This document shows positions 26,715-34,811 of a stretch of DNA of 55,297 bases, piece by piece. A program made the translations under genes and the position numbers. Numbering within the stretch: position 1 is the first letter of the stretch; the number at the start of each line of letters is the position of its first letter. Under the pieces are notes generated by a model, which worked only from the letters and a program-made list of their open reading frames with translations, was not told the origin of the DNA and made no database searches. Source of the DNA: Candidatus Micrarchaeota archaeon (GTDB taxonomy: Archaea; Micrarchaeota; Micrarchaeia; Micrarchaeales; Micrarchaeaceae); contig DAHXLY010000032.1 in assembly GCA_027365735.1 (NCBI GenBank), positions 1-55,297 of the forward strand. The letters are read 5' to 3'.

Positions 26715-28551
26715 TTGAATCAGCTTCCTGATTACTTGGGTTTGGCGGGTTATAAATATTTATCTCGCCCGTCTTTGCCAGAGTGGCGGCAAAGTTTTCT
26801 AAATCTGCCATTTGCAAAACTACGACCTTGTTGCTGCTGAAGTTGGTCTTGTACCACTCGAACCGCTCGTTCACAAACATCACCACCGCAAAATAATCTG
26901 TCCTTTTACTGAGCATTTCCTTTATTTCTCTTATTCCATCTGGGCCCTGCTTTTTTCTTCCTGTTTCATACTCTATCGCGAGCTTACTTCCATTTACGAA
27001 TGCCTTTATGTCGGGCTTTGGGGTTCCACCAGCGGTCAGCGTTTCACACTCTATTCCTTTTTCCCTGAGGACGTCAGCTATTTTCCTCACGCAGATTTCG
27101 TGTTCGGGTGTCACGCTACCGAAACGTGCAGCGTACCAAACTTCATCTCCATCCTTCTTATGGAATATAACTTTGCCCATTTTGCCGTCAGCTATCAACC
27201 TGTCTGTCATTCTCTGCCATTTACTTCCAAATTTCTCATCTAAAGTTTCTTTTTTAACTGGCCCTCGTGTAAACTCTAACATATAATCCTCACGCGCCTT
27301 CTCCTGACCTAACTCTGTTTCTGGAAATCTTATCTCCCTATGGATTTCCATAGCCGTTCTTGTTGCAATCATTGCCGGCGCGCCCATCCCAGCCTTAATT
27401 ACTAGAGCTTCGTGCTGTCCCAAATTTGCCATCGCATTCTTTATCTCTTCAGCGGCGTCCCTCCTCCCGAAGCTTAAAAGATCGGACACATATTCTATTT
27501 CCTCAGGTTCAGTTGAGTGGAAGGTTATGAATGTCGAGGCGTTTGCCACTATCTGTTTGTGGAGGTTACTTGCGGAGTGCGTGGCGATTATCAATCCAAC
27601 TCCATACTTTCTACCTTCTTCTATCGTTTTTCTTATCAGTTCCCCAGCGAGATTTCCGGTTCCTATTAGGAACTGGGTTTCGTCGAGCAGTATGTAGTAT
27701 TTTACTCCTTCCTCCCTGGCATTCTCCTTCATGGAAAGGTAAAGTCTTTTCAGGAGCTCGTTTATGTATATAGTCCTCGCCTCCCTATTCCTTAATCCTG
27801 CAAGCGAGAACGATGATATGGAACCTTTTAGCTGTTCCAGCGTCACGAAATTGCCGTTGAATGCATTTGTGTTGAGCGTCGATAACTTGCTGCGCAGGCT
27901 CAGCAGGGACTTCCGTTCTGTCGGCAACTTTGTGTGCCTGATAAAGATCGCCAACTCATCCATCAGGTCAGCTATCATCGGGGTCTTATCAAGCCTTACT
28001 GACTTGTGGCTGTACGCACCCAACCGTTTGTAGGTGTACCACATGCACTCCTTTAGAAGGTGTTCCTGTATATTGCCAAGATGGTATGCTTCGCTTAAGA
28101 GCCCAACAAGCTCGCCTATCCGTTCCTCCACGCTTACCCCGTCGAGCGCCATTATGTTTATGCCGACTCTTGCGACATCATAGTCCTTACCACCAAGAGT
28201 TCTTACTACGTCCGAATGTTCATTGTGGACGTCAAACACCATAATCTTCTTTCCCGCGTGCGCCACTTCCATTATGAGCTGCTTGCACAGCGTACTTTTG
28301 CCATATCCGCTCATTCCAACTATGAGGATGTGCGGGTTTGGTTCGCTGTCCGGCAGCAATTCGAACGTGCCGTATTTCCTCGGCCATTGCCAATTGCTGA
28401 TCGCCCGCGTGTATCTATGGTCCAACATCACCTTATTGCCCATTTTCAAAAAGCTTATGTATCTACCAAGTTTGATCCTGAATGTGCCGTCGTTTAGGAG
28501 CACCCCTCCTATTTTCACTAATAGTCCAAAGTTTTTGTTTAGGTATTGCAA
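26539..28551 (-). CDS. HerA/FtsK-type (DUF87-like) P-loop ATPase fused to a C-terminal Hjc-like PD-(D/E)xK nuclease module
   Basis: Walker A ILIVGMSGYGKSTL, Walker B KYYILLDETQFL, sensor region GVGLIIATHS. The C-terminal EHEICVRKIADVLREKGIECETL..GTPKPDIKAFVNGSKLAIEYETGRKK parallels the Hjc pattern E...L...G...PD(I/L)..(x)n..IE.K. The last ~58 codons are low-complexity and overlap the ubiA-family start. Confidence 0.75.
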   Translation of the reverse strand: MQYLNKNFGLLVKIGGVLLNDGTFRIKLGRYISFLKMGNKVMLDHRYTRAISNWQWPRKYGTFELLPDSEPNPHILIVGMSGYGKSTLCKQLIMEVAHAGKKIMVFDVHNEHSDVVRTLGGKDYDVARVGINIMALDGVSVEERIGELVGLLSEAYHLGNIQEHLLKECMWYTYKRLGAYSHKSVRLDKTPMIADLMDELAIFIRHTKLPTERKSLLSLRSKLSTLNTNAFNGNFVTLEQLKGSISSFSLAGLRNREARTIYINELLKRLYLSMKENAREEGVKYYILLDETQFLIGTGNLAGELIRKTIEEGRKYGVGLIIATHSASNLHKQIVANASTFITFHSTEPEEIEYVSDLLSFGRRDAAEEIKNAMANLGQHEALVIKAGMGAPAMIATRTAMEIHREIRFPETELGQEKAREDYMLEFTRGPVKKETLDEKFGSKWQRMTDRLIADGKMGKVIFHKKDGDEVWYAARFGSVTPEHEICVRKIADVLREKGIECETLTAGGTPKPDIKAFVNGSKLAIEYETGRKKQGPDGIREIKEMLSKRTDYFAVVMFVNERFEWYKTNFSSNKVVVLQMADLENFAATLAKTGEINIYNPPNPSNQEADSNGKQADGGSEADKDRALAPVDGGGDSRGADKWWDTPDWRDDSQPAEPGADQRGVVRDK

Positions 28552-28597
28552 ATTATCACCAATCTGAAAGTCAAGAAAAAGCCCGCTCAGGGGTTGT

Positions 28598-28607
28598 TAT
28601 AAATATT
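28598..28607 (+). promoter_or_regulatory. TATA box upstream of tRNA-Ser
   Basis: TTATAAATAT is centred about 28 nt upstream of tRNA position 1 (28630). Confidence 0.45.
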
Positions 28608-28629
28608 TAGCCCCCCATCATACTCGCAT

Positions 28630-28754
28630 GCCAGGGTGGCAGAATCCGGTAATGCGCCGGTCTTGAATTTTCAAAATCTCAAGAGCTGATTTGTGATGCG
28701 AACAGGCCAACCGGTGCCCTTACGGGCTTTAGGGTTCAAATCCCTACCCTGGCG
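28630..28754 (+). tRNA. tRNA-Ser: tRNA-Ser (anticodon TGA) with a ~41-nt intron after position 37
   Basis: Acceptor GCCAGGG/CCCTGGC plus G73. The 5' half of the anticodon stem is CCGGT (28657-61), with loop CTTGAA and anticodon TGA at 28664-66. The 3' half ACCGG lies only at 28710-14, so 28668-28708 must be spliced out (junction +/- 1-2 nt). Long variable arm TGCCCTTACGGGCTT, T-arm TAGGG-TTCAAAT-CCCTA. Confidence 0.85.
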
Positions 28755-28930
28755 TATTTTAGACACGCGTCATACTGTACAGTAATCCGTTTTGCCAAGG
28801 CGTAAATATCTGGAGCCGCGTTATACTACTGTGGCGGAGGCGTGGACTGTCCCAGCGCCGGTAAGTGCCTTCAACATGATGTTTTCTCGGACATGGGACG
28901 TGCCCCCACCACCTTTATTTTGCCACGCGC

Positions 28931-29071
28931 CTACGCTGCTTGCTTTCTTTTGCGCGCCTTTATGCTCTGGAGCTCCATGAGCTGCCGTATGTACTCTCCG
29001 CTTGTTGCTGGACCGCGTCGCGATCTGTATCTAACCCTAATCCTGCGTCTAACTTTTGTTCTCGTATCCAT
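28931..29071 (-). CDS. possible small highly basic protein (46 aa)
   Basis: MDTRTKVRRRIRVRYRSRRGPATSGEYIRQLMELQSIKARKRKQAA, the internal-Met version of listed ORF 28931..29197. It is the only protein-like reading in the 28755-29163 gap. No family recognised. Confidence 0.25.
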   Translation of the reverse strand: MDTRTKVRRRIRVRYRSRRGPATSGEYIRQLMELQSIKARKRKQAA

Positions 29072-29163
29072 GCTCTCACCGTCAGGAATAGTACCGATTT
29101 GTATAGCGCGGGCTTGCGCATTGCTTAGTGTGTTTCTGAAGAATAAGGTATTTAGCCCTGATG

Positions 29164-29913
29164 TTAGAGCAGCACAAATGCGACAATCCCGGCACACCCG
29201 CCTATGATGCTGCAGAGGAAGTTGGAGGTGTACTTATTGCCGATCCCGCGTTCCTCGAAGACCCCGAAGTACGAATCGGCCACCGTGCCCGCGAATCCCC
29301 CAATCGCCATCGCGATTATCGCTACCAGGGTTTTCAGCGAGAGAGCGCAGCCCTTGGCTAGCGAGCAGGCCAGGTTGGGGAATAGGTAAATGTAAGTGAA
29401 GAGGGCGATGATTACGATCAACAACGCTCCAATTGTGCCCGCGAAAAGGCCGAGCAGCGTTATCCCGCCCGACGTGCCCTTCTTGATCTTCCCGAGGGTG
29501 ATTATCGAGGTCGGGGTGCCGTTCAACACACCTATTTCACTGCTGAACTTGTCCGCCGTGACGGCTGCGACGCTTGCAATGAACCCGTAAATCAGCATCG
29601 TGGTGACGCTGTTTGTCAGGTAGCGGGCCGCGTACCAGACCGCGATCGTGAAAAGGAGCGGCCCCATGCCGTTGGCGAGGACGTTCTTCACCCCGCGGGT
29701 GACCTGGTAGAGCTTGGCTTTCCTCTTGTACTCCTCCCCGCTGCGGGTGGCAACCGCGCTGAGGGCCAGAAAATAGAGCATAACGAACACGTAGTAAAGC
29801 CCTAACCTCGGACCAAGGTAAGTAGCCGAGCCGAAATAGAGCATCACCAGCGCGATTACGAACGCAAGGGCGACCCCCTGTATGTCGAGTGTGAGTATGT
29901 CCATTTTATCCAT
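29164..29913 (-). CDS. DUF92/TMEM19-family integral membrane protein
   Basis: RGVKNVLANG, AAVTADKFSSEIGVL, KKGTSGGITLLGLFAG and GTVADSYFGV match the conserved DUF92 blocks (R..QV.ANG, ADT.ASE.G, G..GG.S..G, DS.LGA). Confidence 0.7.
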   Translation of the reverse strand: MDKMDILTLDIQGVALAFVIALVMLYFGSATYLGPRLGLYYVFVMLYFLALSAVATRSGEEYKRKAKLYQVTRGVKNVLANGMGPLLFTIAVWYAARYLTNSVTTMLIYGFIASVAAVTADKFSSEIGVLNGTPTSIITLGKIKKGTSGGITLLGLFAGTIGALLIVIIALFTYIYLFPNLACSLAKGCALSLKTLVAIIAMAIGGFAGTVADSYFGVFEERGIGNKYTSNFLCSIIGGCAGIVAFVLL

Positions 29914-30097
29914 TTTTTGTATGTTTTTCTGTTTTTATTTTACCTTCCAAATTATTCGAATTGACGTCAGAAACTTCCACAAATCGATCATTTTTCCGGT
30001 CTTCCCTAAACGTCACAAAATGTATTTAATAACTACCTTCCCTTTATTATCACGGATTTTCTGTAAAAGGAAGGTCGTGAAAGAAACTGGTCGCCTT

Positions 30098-30131
30098 GCC
30101 CCGGTGTAAAACCCGGGGCCTATTTCTTTTT
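30098..30131 (+). terminator. GC hairpin plus T-tract in the DUF92/radA divergent spacer
   Basis: GCCCCGG-(TGTAAAAC)-CCGGGGC at 30098-30119 is followed by TATTTCTTTTT. A second hairpin AAAGCCA-GCAT-TGGCTTT lies at 30144-30161. Which transcript it terminates is unknown. Confidence 0.3.
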
Positions 30132-30221
30132 AGTATAAAGCATAAAGCCAGCATTGGCTTTCCAGTTTGTACGACCGACGCTTAGACAGCGTTTTCCGTC
30201 GCAGTGCTATGTTTTCAAACA

Positions 30222-30229
30222 TTTAAATA
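30222..30229 (+). promoter_or_regulatory. TATA box for radA
   Basis: TTTAAATA lies about 45 nt upstream of the ATG at 30274. Confidence 0.5.
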
Positions 30230-30273
30230 CTTATTCGTTCATAAAAGACTGCAGCTTATTATCGAGTGCTTTC

Positions 30274-31224
30274 ATGGCAAAGGACAAAGCGATTAGGGAG
30301 CTAGAGGATTTGCCCGGCATCGGGGAGACGTCGGCAGAGAAGCTCAGGAGCTTCGGCATCGACACCCTTGACAAGGTCGCGGTAAAGTCGCCCCACGAGC
30401 TCTCGGAGCTTTCAGGGATCAGCGTCGAGGCGGCGAAGAAGGCCATCCAAGCCGCCCAAGAGTCGACGACAATCAACTTCGAGACCGGAGATACGATACT
30501 CGAAAGGAGAAAGGAGATAGGCAGGATCACGACCGGCTCAAAGGACCTCGACGAGATGATAGGTGGGGGGGTTGAGACAAACGCAATCACAGAGGCATAC
30601 GGAAAGTTCTCGAGCGGAAAGTCGCAGATCGCATTCCAGCTGTCGGTAAATGCGCAGCTCCCGAAGAAGGACGGCGGCCTTGAGGGCGCGGTGCTTTTCA
30701 TCGACACGGAAGGGACCTTCAGGCCGGAGCGAATTGCAGGCATGGCCAAAGCCGCAGGGCAGGACCCGAAGAAGATACTTGAGAACATAATCGTCGTCAG
30801 GGCGATCACCACGGAGCAGCAGATGCTCACGATCGAAAGGGCGGAGAAACTCATACAGGAAAAGAACATCAAGCTCATAATTGTCGACTCACTTACATCG
30901 TTGTTCAGGGCGGAGTTCCTCGGAAGGGGCGCGCTTGGAGAAAGGCAGCAAAAACTCAACTCGCACGTCCACAGGCTCCAGGCGCTCGCCGACAAGTTCA
31001 ACATCGCTATCTACGTGACCAACCAGGTCATGGACAATCCGGGAATACTCTTCGGTGACCCAACAACGCCAATCGGAGGAAACGTCCTCGCCCACGCGGC
31101 CACGACGAGGATGTACATGCGAAAGAGCAAGGAGGAGAAGCGAATAGTGAGGTTGGTCGACTCGCCGAGCCAGCCCGAGGGTGAGTGTGTCATAAAGGTG
31201 ACGCCCGACGGCATAAAGGACTAG
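30274..31224 (+). CDS. radA: DNA repair and recombination protein RadA
   Basis: HhH IRELEDLPGIGETSAEKLRSFGI, Walker A EAYGKFSSGKSQ, Walker B KLIIVDSLTS, ...NQVMDNP...GGNVLAHAATTR. ATG at 30274 (the listed start at 30154 adds 40 non-conserved residues). Confidence 0.93.
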   Translation: MAKDKAIRELEDLPGIGETSAEKLRSFGIDTLDKVAVKSPHELSELSGISVEAAKKAIQAAQESTTINFETGDTILERRKEIGRITTGSKDLDEMIGGGVETNAITEAYGKFSSGKSQIAFQLSVNAQLPKKDGGLEGAVLFIDTEGTFRPERIAGMAKAAGQDPKKILENIIVVRAITTEQQMLTIERAEKLIQEKNIKLIIVDSLTSLFRAEFLGRGALGERQQKLNSHVHRLQALADKFNIAIYVTNQVMDNPGILFGDPTTPIGGNVLAHAATTRMYMRKSKEEKRIVRLVDSPSQPEGECVIKVTPDGIKD

Positions 31225-31236
31225 TTTTGTGAGAGA

Positions 31237-32007
31237 ATGCTTTATCTCATAGGCATCGGCCTAAAGAAGGAGGATATCACGCTGCACGGGATCGAAGCGT
31301 GCAAGAAGTGCGACCAGATATTTTTCGAGAGGTACACGAGCTACATCAGCGATGAGCGCGCCGCGTACATATCAAAGCTCGTCGGCAGGGAGGTCCATGA
31401 ACTCAGCAGGTCCGAACTAGAGGGCAAGGCGTCCAAGCTAATGGAGCGGGCGAAGAGCGGCAATGTAGCCGTCCTTACGGGAGGGGACCCGCTGATGGCT
31501 ACTACGCACAAGATACTGTTCATCGAGGCGAAGAGCCAGTCCATAAAGACGGAGGTGGTGCACTCGCCGTCGATAGTCACGGCCGCAATCGGAGCAAGCG
31601 GCCTCGACTTCTACCGGTTCGGCGCCCCATGCACGATCCCGACGTGGCACGAGCACTACTCGCCGGTGTCGTTTTACGAGACGATAAACAAGAACCAGAT
31701 GAACAACTACCACACCTTCCTGCTGTTCGATTACAACCCCACGACCCAGAGCTCGATGAGCGTCGAGGACGCGATCCGCGTGCTGGAGGAGGGGGAGAAG
31801 TCGTACAAGAAGGGAATAATCAACGACAGGGCGAAGGTGTTTGTGATGCACAGGGTCGGATGGCCCGATCAGAAGATTGCTTTCACCACAATTGAGGAGG
31901 CAAAGAAATTAAAGCTGTCGTCGGGGCCGACGATGATGATACTCCCGGCAAATCTGTCGGACATTGAGAAGGACATGATTGCCAGCATGCACGGCGCGAA
32001 CGTCTGA
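31237..32007 (+). CDS. dphB: diphthine synthase
   Basis: MLYLIGIGLKKEDITLHGIEACKKCDQIFFERYTS...VAVLTGGDPLMATTH, about 256 aa, tetrapyrrole-methylase fold family. Confidence 0.88.
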   Translation: MLYLIGIGLKKEDITLHGIEACKKCDQIFFERYTSYISDERAAYISKLVGREVHELSRSELEGKASKLMERAKSGNVAVLTGGDPLMATTHKILFIEAKSQSIKTEVVHSPSIVTAAIGASGLDFYRFGAPCTIPTWHEHYSPVSFYETINKNQMNNYHTFLLFDYNPTTQSSMSVEDAIRVLEEGEKSYKKGIINDRAKVFVMHRVGWPDQKIAFTTIEEAKKLKLSSGPTMMILPANLSDIEKDMIASMHGANV

Positions 32008-32054
32008 TTCAAACACCATATTAAATATCTTGTTCGTCAAATTACTTCAGGGGT

Positions 32055-32618
32055 ATGATGCAAGCTTTAGGTGGTAGAGCATTAGGTGCGCCGGGAACAG
32101 CACAACGGGGCGATCTGCAGTACCGCGATGGTGCCTTGGAGTCACCAGGACATGCGGCAACAAGCATAGCCGACTGGATTTCAAAAGCCGAATGTTCAAT
32201 CTCGATAAGCACAGGTTTGACATCTGGGCTGATTAGCCAACCACCAATCCGCAAGGCGTTGACGGATGCTGACGGGCGTGGCGTTAAAATTAAGATACTT
32301 TTGGATTATCCATCAGAGCTCTCCGAATACCACGGATGGCTTCTGGGGTTAAAGAATGGCGAAGTTAGAAGAGCGCCAATGCGTGTGGATCATTGGATTA
32401 TAATAGATAATAATAAGATGCGAATGGAAAGGTCTCATGCTTTACGAAGCGAAGGCGGCAGCCATGCCATACGAAGCTGTTTCTGGATTATAGGTGGCGA
32501 TGAAAGGGTTTTCATCAGACAACAAAGGTCCTACGATGGCGTGTGGGAAATCGCAGAGGTAATGACCAACACTATCAAACCGTCAACGTCGACAGAACCA
32601 TCTAACCACACAGCTTAA
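32055..32618 (+). CDS. phospholipase D/nuclease-like domain protein with degenerate HKD motif
   Basis: IADWISKAECSISISTG...IRKALTDADGRGVKIKILLD...GEVRRAPMRVDHWIIIDNNKM follows the PLD-like pattern (I..A...I.I.....AL..A..RGV.V.ILLD....HHK..IID), but it has H-W-I where H-x-K is expected. Confidence 0.5.
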   Translation: MMQALGGRALGAPGTAQRGDLQYRDGALESPGHAATSIADWISKAECSISISTGLTSGLISQPPIRKALTDADGRGVKIKILLDYPSELSEYHGWLLGLKNGEVRRAPMRVDHWIIIDNNKMRMERSHALRSEGGSHAIRSCFWIIGGDERVFIRQQRSYDGVWEIAEVMTNTIKPSTSTEPSNHTA

Positions 32619-32669
32619 ATATCGCGATTTCTCATACCTATAAAAGCCAACATACACTAACGTGGTTGA

Positions 32670-33815
32670 ATGCTTTTGCTTGAACTAACCGAAGGTAAGC
32701 GCGTCGCAGCCAGCGACCAGTCCACTAAGGACCTCCTCAAGAAAGGGCACTTTGGTGCAGTCGAGGGCGGGACTCTTTATCTTGAGCCTGAGGAGGCGCT
32801 GTATCTCGTCGACGTAAGGAACGCAAGGTGCACACAAAACAGAAGAGCCATAGGGTTCAACGAGCTCGCCGAGCGGGTCGGGGCAAGCATGGCGAAGTAC
32901 TTTACCTACAAGGACTGGAGGGAGAGAGGGCTGATAATAAAGAAAAGCACCAGTGTGAGGCCGTGGCAGGGAGGTAGGATTTCGACGGTGAAATACCCCG
33001 CATCGGAGCAAAAACTGAAGACCCGCAGCATCAGTGGGATGTTCTTTCCACGCGATCTTACGACGATAATCGATGACCAGAAGGTCGGGAAGGAAATCTA
33101 TGAGCAGAACTGGTTCGGGCAGTACGGCACATACAAGCTCGGTGACAGGGGTGCGCTAAACAAGCTCGATATATTCGAGACCGTGTTCCTGATCGACGCG
33201 GGAGTGTTAAAGACGAATCTCTCCAGGTCTGAAATCGTCGGTATCGCTGAAAAGAGGAGGGGTGACTTCCAGAAGCTCTACGACGTTTATGCTGATTGGA
33301 GGGGAAAAGGGTACGTGGTCAAGACCGGATTCAAGTTCGGTACCCACTTCAGGCTTTACTTCCCCGGCGCAAAGCCGAACAGCGCTGACGACAACTGGGT
33401 GCACTCTAAGCACGTGATACAGGTATTCCCGCGCGACGTCAAGCTGCTCACCTCCGAGTGGGCAAGGGCAATCCGCGTGGCGCACTCCGTAAGGAAGACG
33501 TTCATACTCGCCATACCGGGAAAGAGCAGGTCGAAGAGGATGGAGATCGACTTCCTGCTCTACCACAGAAAGCCGGGAGACATCGAGACCCCCGAAAAGG
33601 ATTCGCCAAAGTACGCTATGCTCTCCCTTGGCGAGGACGAGTACATTGGCGGCGCAGAGCTGTCGGCGGTGATAGCCGAGGCGAAATCCAAGAGGCTCGA
33701 GCTGGTCGTGGCGATAGCCGACCGCGAGACAGCCGTAACATTCTACAAGGTTAAAAAGGTCGAGCTTCCCAAGAGTGATTACGAGTATTACGAGATTGAC
33801 TGGATGCAGCCGTGA
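32670..33815 (+). CDS. endA: tRNA-splicing endonuclease, long multi-unit form
   Basis: A catalytic unit sits in the centre (WRGKGYVVKTGFKFGTHFRLYFPG...HSKHVIQV). It is flanked by an N-terminal unit of roughly 190-200 aa (LYLEPEEALYLVD) and a C-terminal unit of about 120 aa (...LELVVAIADRETAVTFYKV). 381 aa in total. Confidence 0.85.
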   Translation: MLLLELTEGKRVAASDQSTKDLLKKGHFGAVEGGTLYLEPEEALYLVDVRNARCTQNRRAIGFNELAERVGASMAKYFTYKDWRERGLIIKKSTSVRPWQGGRISTVKYPASEQKLKTRSISGMFFPRDLTTIIDDQKVGKEIYEQNWFGQYGTYKLGDRGALNKLDIFETVFLIDAGVLKTNLSRSEIVGIAEKRRGDFQKLYDVYADWRGKGYVVKTGFKFGTHFRLYFPGAKPNSADDNWVHSKHVIQVFPRDVKLLTSEWARAIRVAHSVRKTFILAIPGKSRSKRMEIDFLLYHRKPGDIETPEKDSPKYAMLSLGEDEYIGGAELSAVIAEAKSKRLELVVAIADRETAVTFYKVKKVELPKSDYEYYEIDWMQP

Positions 33816-33819
33816 TGCA

Positions 33820-33990
33820 ATGGAAATCAATGAGTTGATAAGCAGGGAGGAGCACCTCATAATTGACAAGAGGAACTACATCTACCTCGTTGCGGTAACA
33901 GTAATCGGGGTACTGGTCATGCTCTACTTCTCCTACGCTCTCCTGGCAATTCTGATCTACTACGCCTCGCACGGCCATATCTTTTATTAA
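33820..33990 (+). CDS. small membrane protein (56 aa)
   Basis: MEINELISREEHLIIDKRNYIYLVAVTVIGVLVMLYFSYALLAILIYYASHGHIFY. Starts 5 nt after the endA stop and has two hydrophobic helices. Confidence 0.35.
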   Translation: MEINELISREEHLIIDKRNYIYLVAVTVIGVLVMLYFSYALLAILIYYASHGHIFY

Positions 33991-34111
33991 GCCATTATTT
34001 TGTTCCACTATTCCTCCGAGTTTCCGACGACAAAAAGTTCGTTTTTTGGCTATTTGCACAGGTCGTTTAAATATGGATTTAAGCTGATGGTTATCGGAGA
34101 GAAAATGGGGG

Positions 34112-34795
34112 ATGAAAATGCAGCAGAGGACGGCCCAAAGAGAGGGCAGACATAGAGCAGCGGAAATCGCAGCAGGGCTTATTCAGCAGATGGAATCCTA
34201 CAGCAGGGACAGGCAGAATATCGTATTCAGAAAGGAGAGGGCGGATCTCGACAGGAGAGCGCAGACCTTCCTGCAAAGGACACTTACCAGAGAAGAGCTG
34301 CAGGGGCTGGAGATCTTTCTCAGAAAGAACACCCCGCTTGTGCAGTTGGAGGAGAGGAAGGAGCACAAGAAGCACACCCAGAAGGCGATGTACCCGACGC
34401 TATTCACGATAAAGAAGAGGTTCGTGAAATGGGGCCATTCGTTATTCGCTACGACCGCAATAGCAGGGTTCATGGACATGGGCAACTTCCCTATACGGTC
34501 GTTCTCCCGCCTCGCGGACCATGTTGGCTACGACGTAGTCTACATAGCGGGGTTCTTTGCAGCGGCTTTCTATACGATAGGCGGGCTTGCTGCCACTGCG
34601 ATGTGGATGAAGGACAGGAAGCACGATATGGAGTTATACATGAAGAAGAGGCGGAATCGCGAAACATCGGAAATCTACCAGTTCCTGGTGGACAAGGCAC
34701 ACGAAGCGAGGGACCACCTGCTCTTCTGGGTCGCAACCAGGCGAGAGGAGGAGTTCGCCCCCGAGACCGTAGAGGCGCTCAACAGCCTCTGGTAG
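34112..34795 (+). CDS. hypothetical membrane protein (helical N-domain plus two TM segments)
   Basis: 227 aa. TM-like SLFATTAIAGFMDMG and VVYIAGFFAAAFYTIGGLAATAMW, followed by a charged tail. TATA TTTAAATA at 34066-34073. Lies directly upstream of family copy B. Confidence 0.6.
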   Translation: MKMQQRTAQREGRHRAAEIAAGLIQQMESYSRDRQNIVFRKERADLDRRAQTFLQRTLTREELQGLEIFLRKNTPLVQLEERKEHKKHTQKAMYPTLFTIKKRFVKWGHSLFATTAIAGFMDMGNFPIRSFSRLADHVGYDVVYIAGFFAAAFYTIGGLAATAMWMKDRKHDMELYMKKRRNRETSEIYQFLVDKAHEARDHLLFWVATRREEEFAPETVEALNSLW

Positions 34796-34811
34796 CTGTA
34801 GGTATAATGCG

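Noticed and set aside
28755-29163. RNase P RNA, SRP (7S) RNA or 5S rRNA in the unassigned gap.
   Set aside because: I could not find the conserved RNase P core (GAGGAAAGUCC-like), SRP helix-8 motifs or 5S consensus blocks on either strand. The region is retained only as an unclassified candidate.
32042-32110. The fragment GGTGGTAGAGCATTAGGTGCGCC, which looks like a tRNA D-arm.
   Set aside because: No T-loop (GTTC[AG]AATC), acceptor pairing or anticodon arm follows it, and it lies in the 5' end of the PLD-like ORF.
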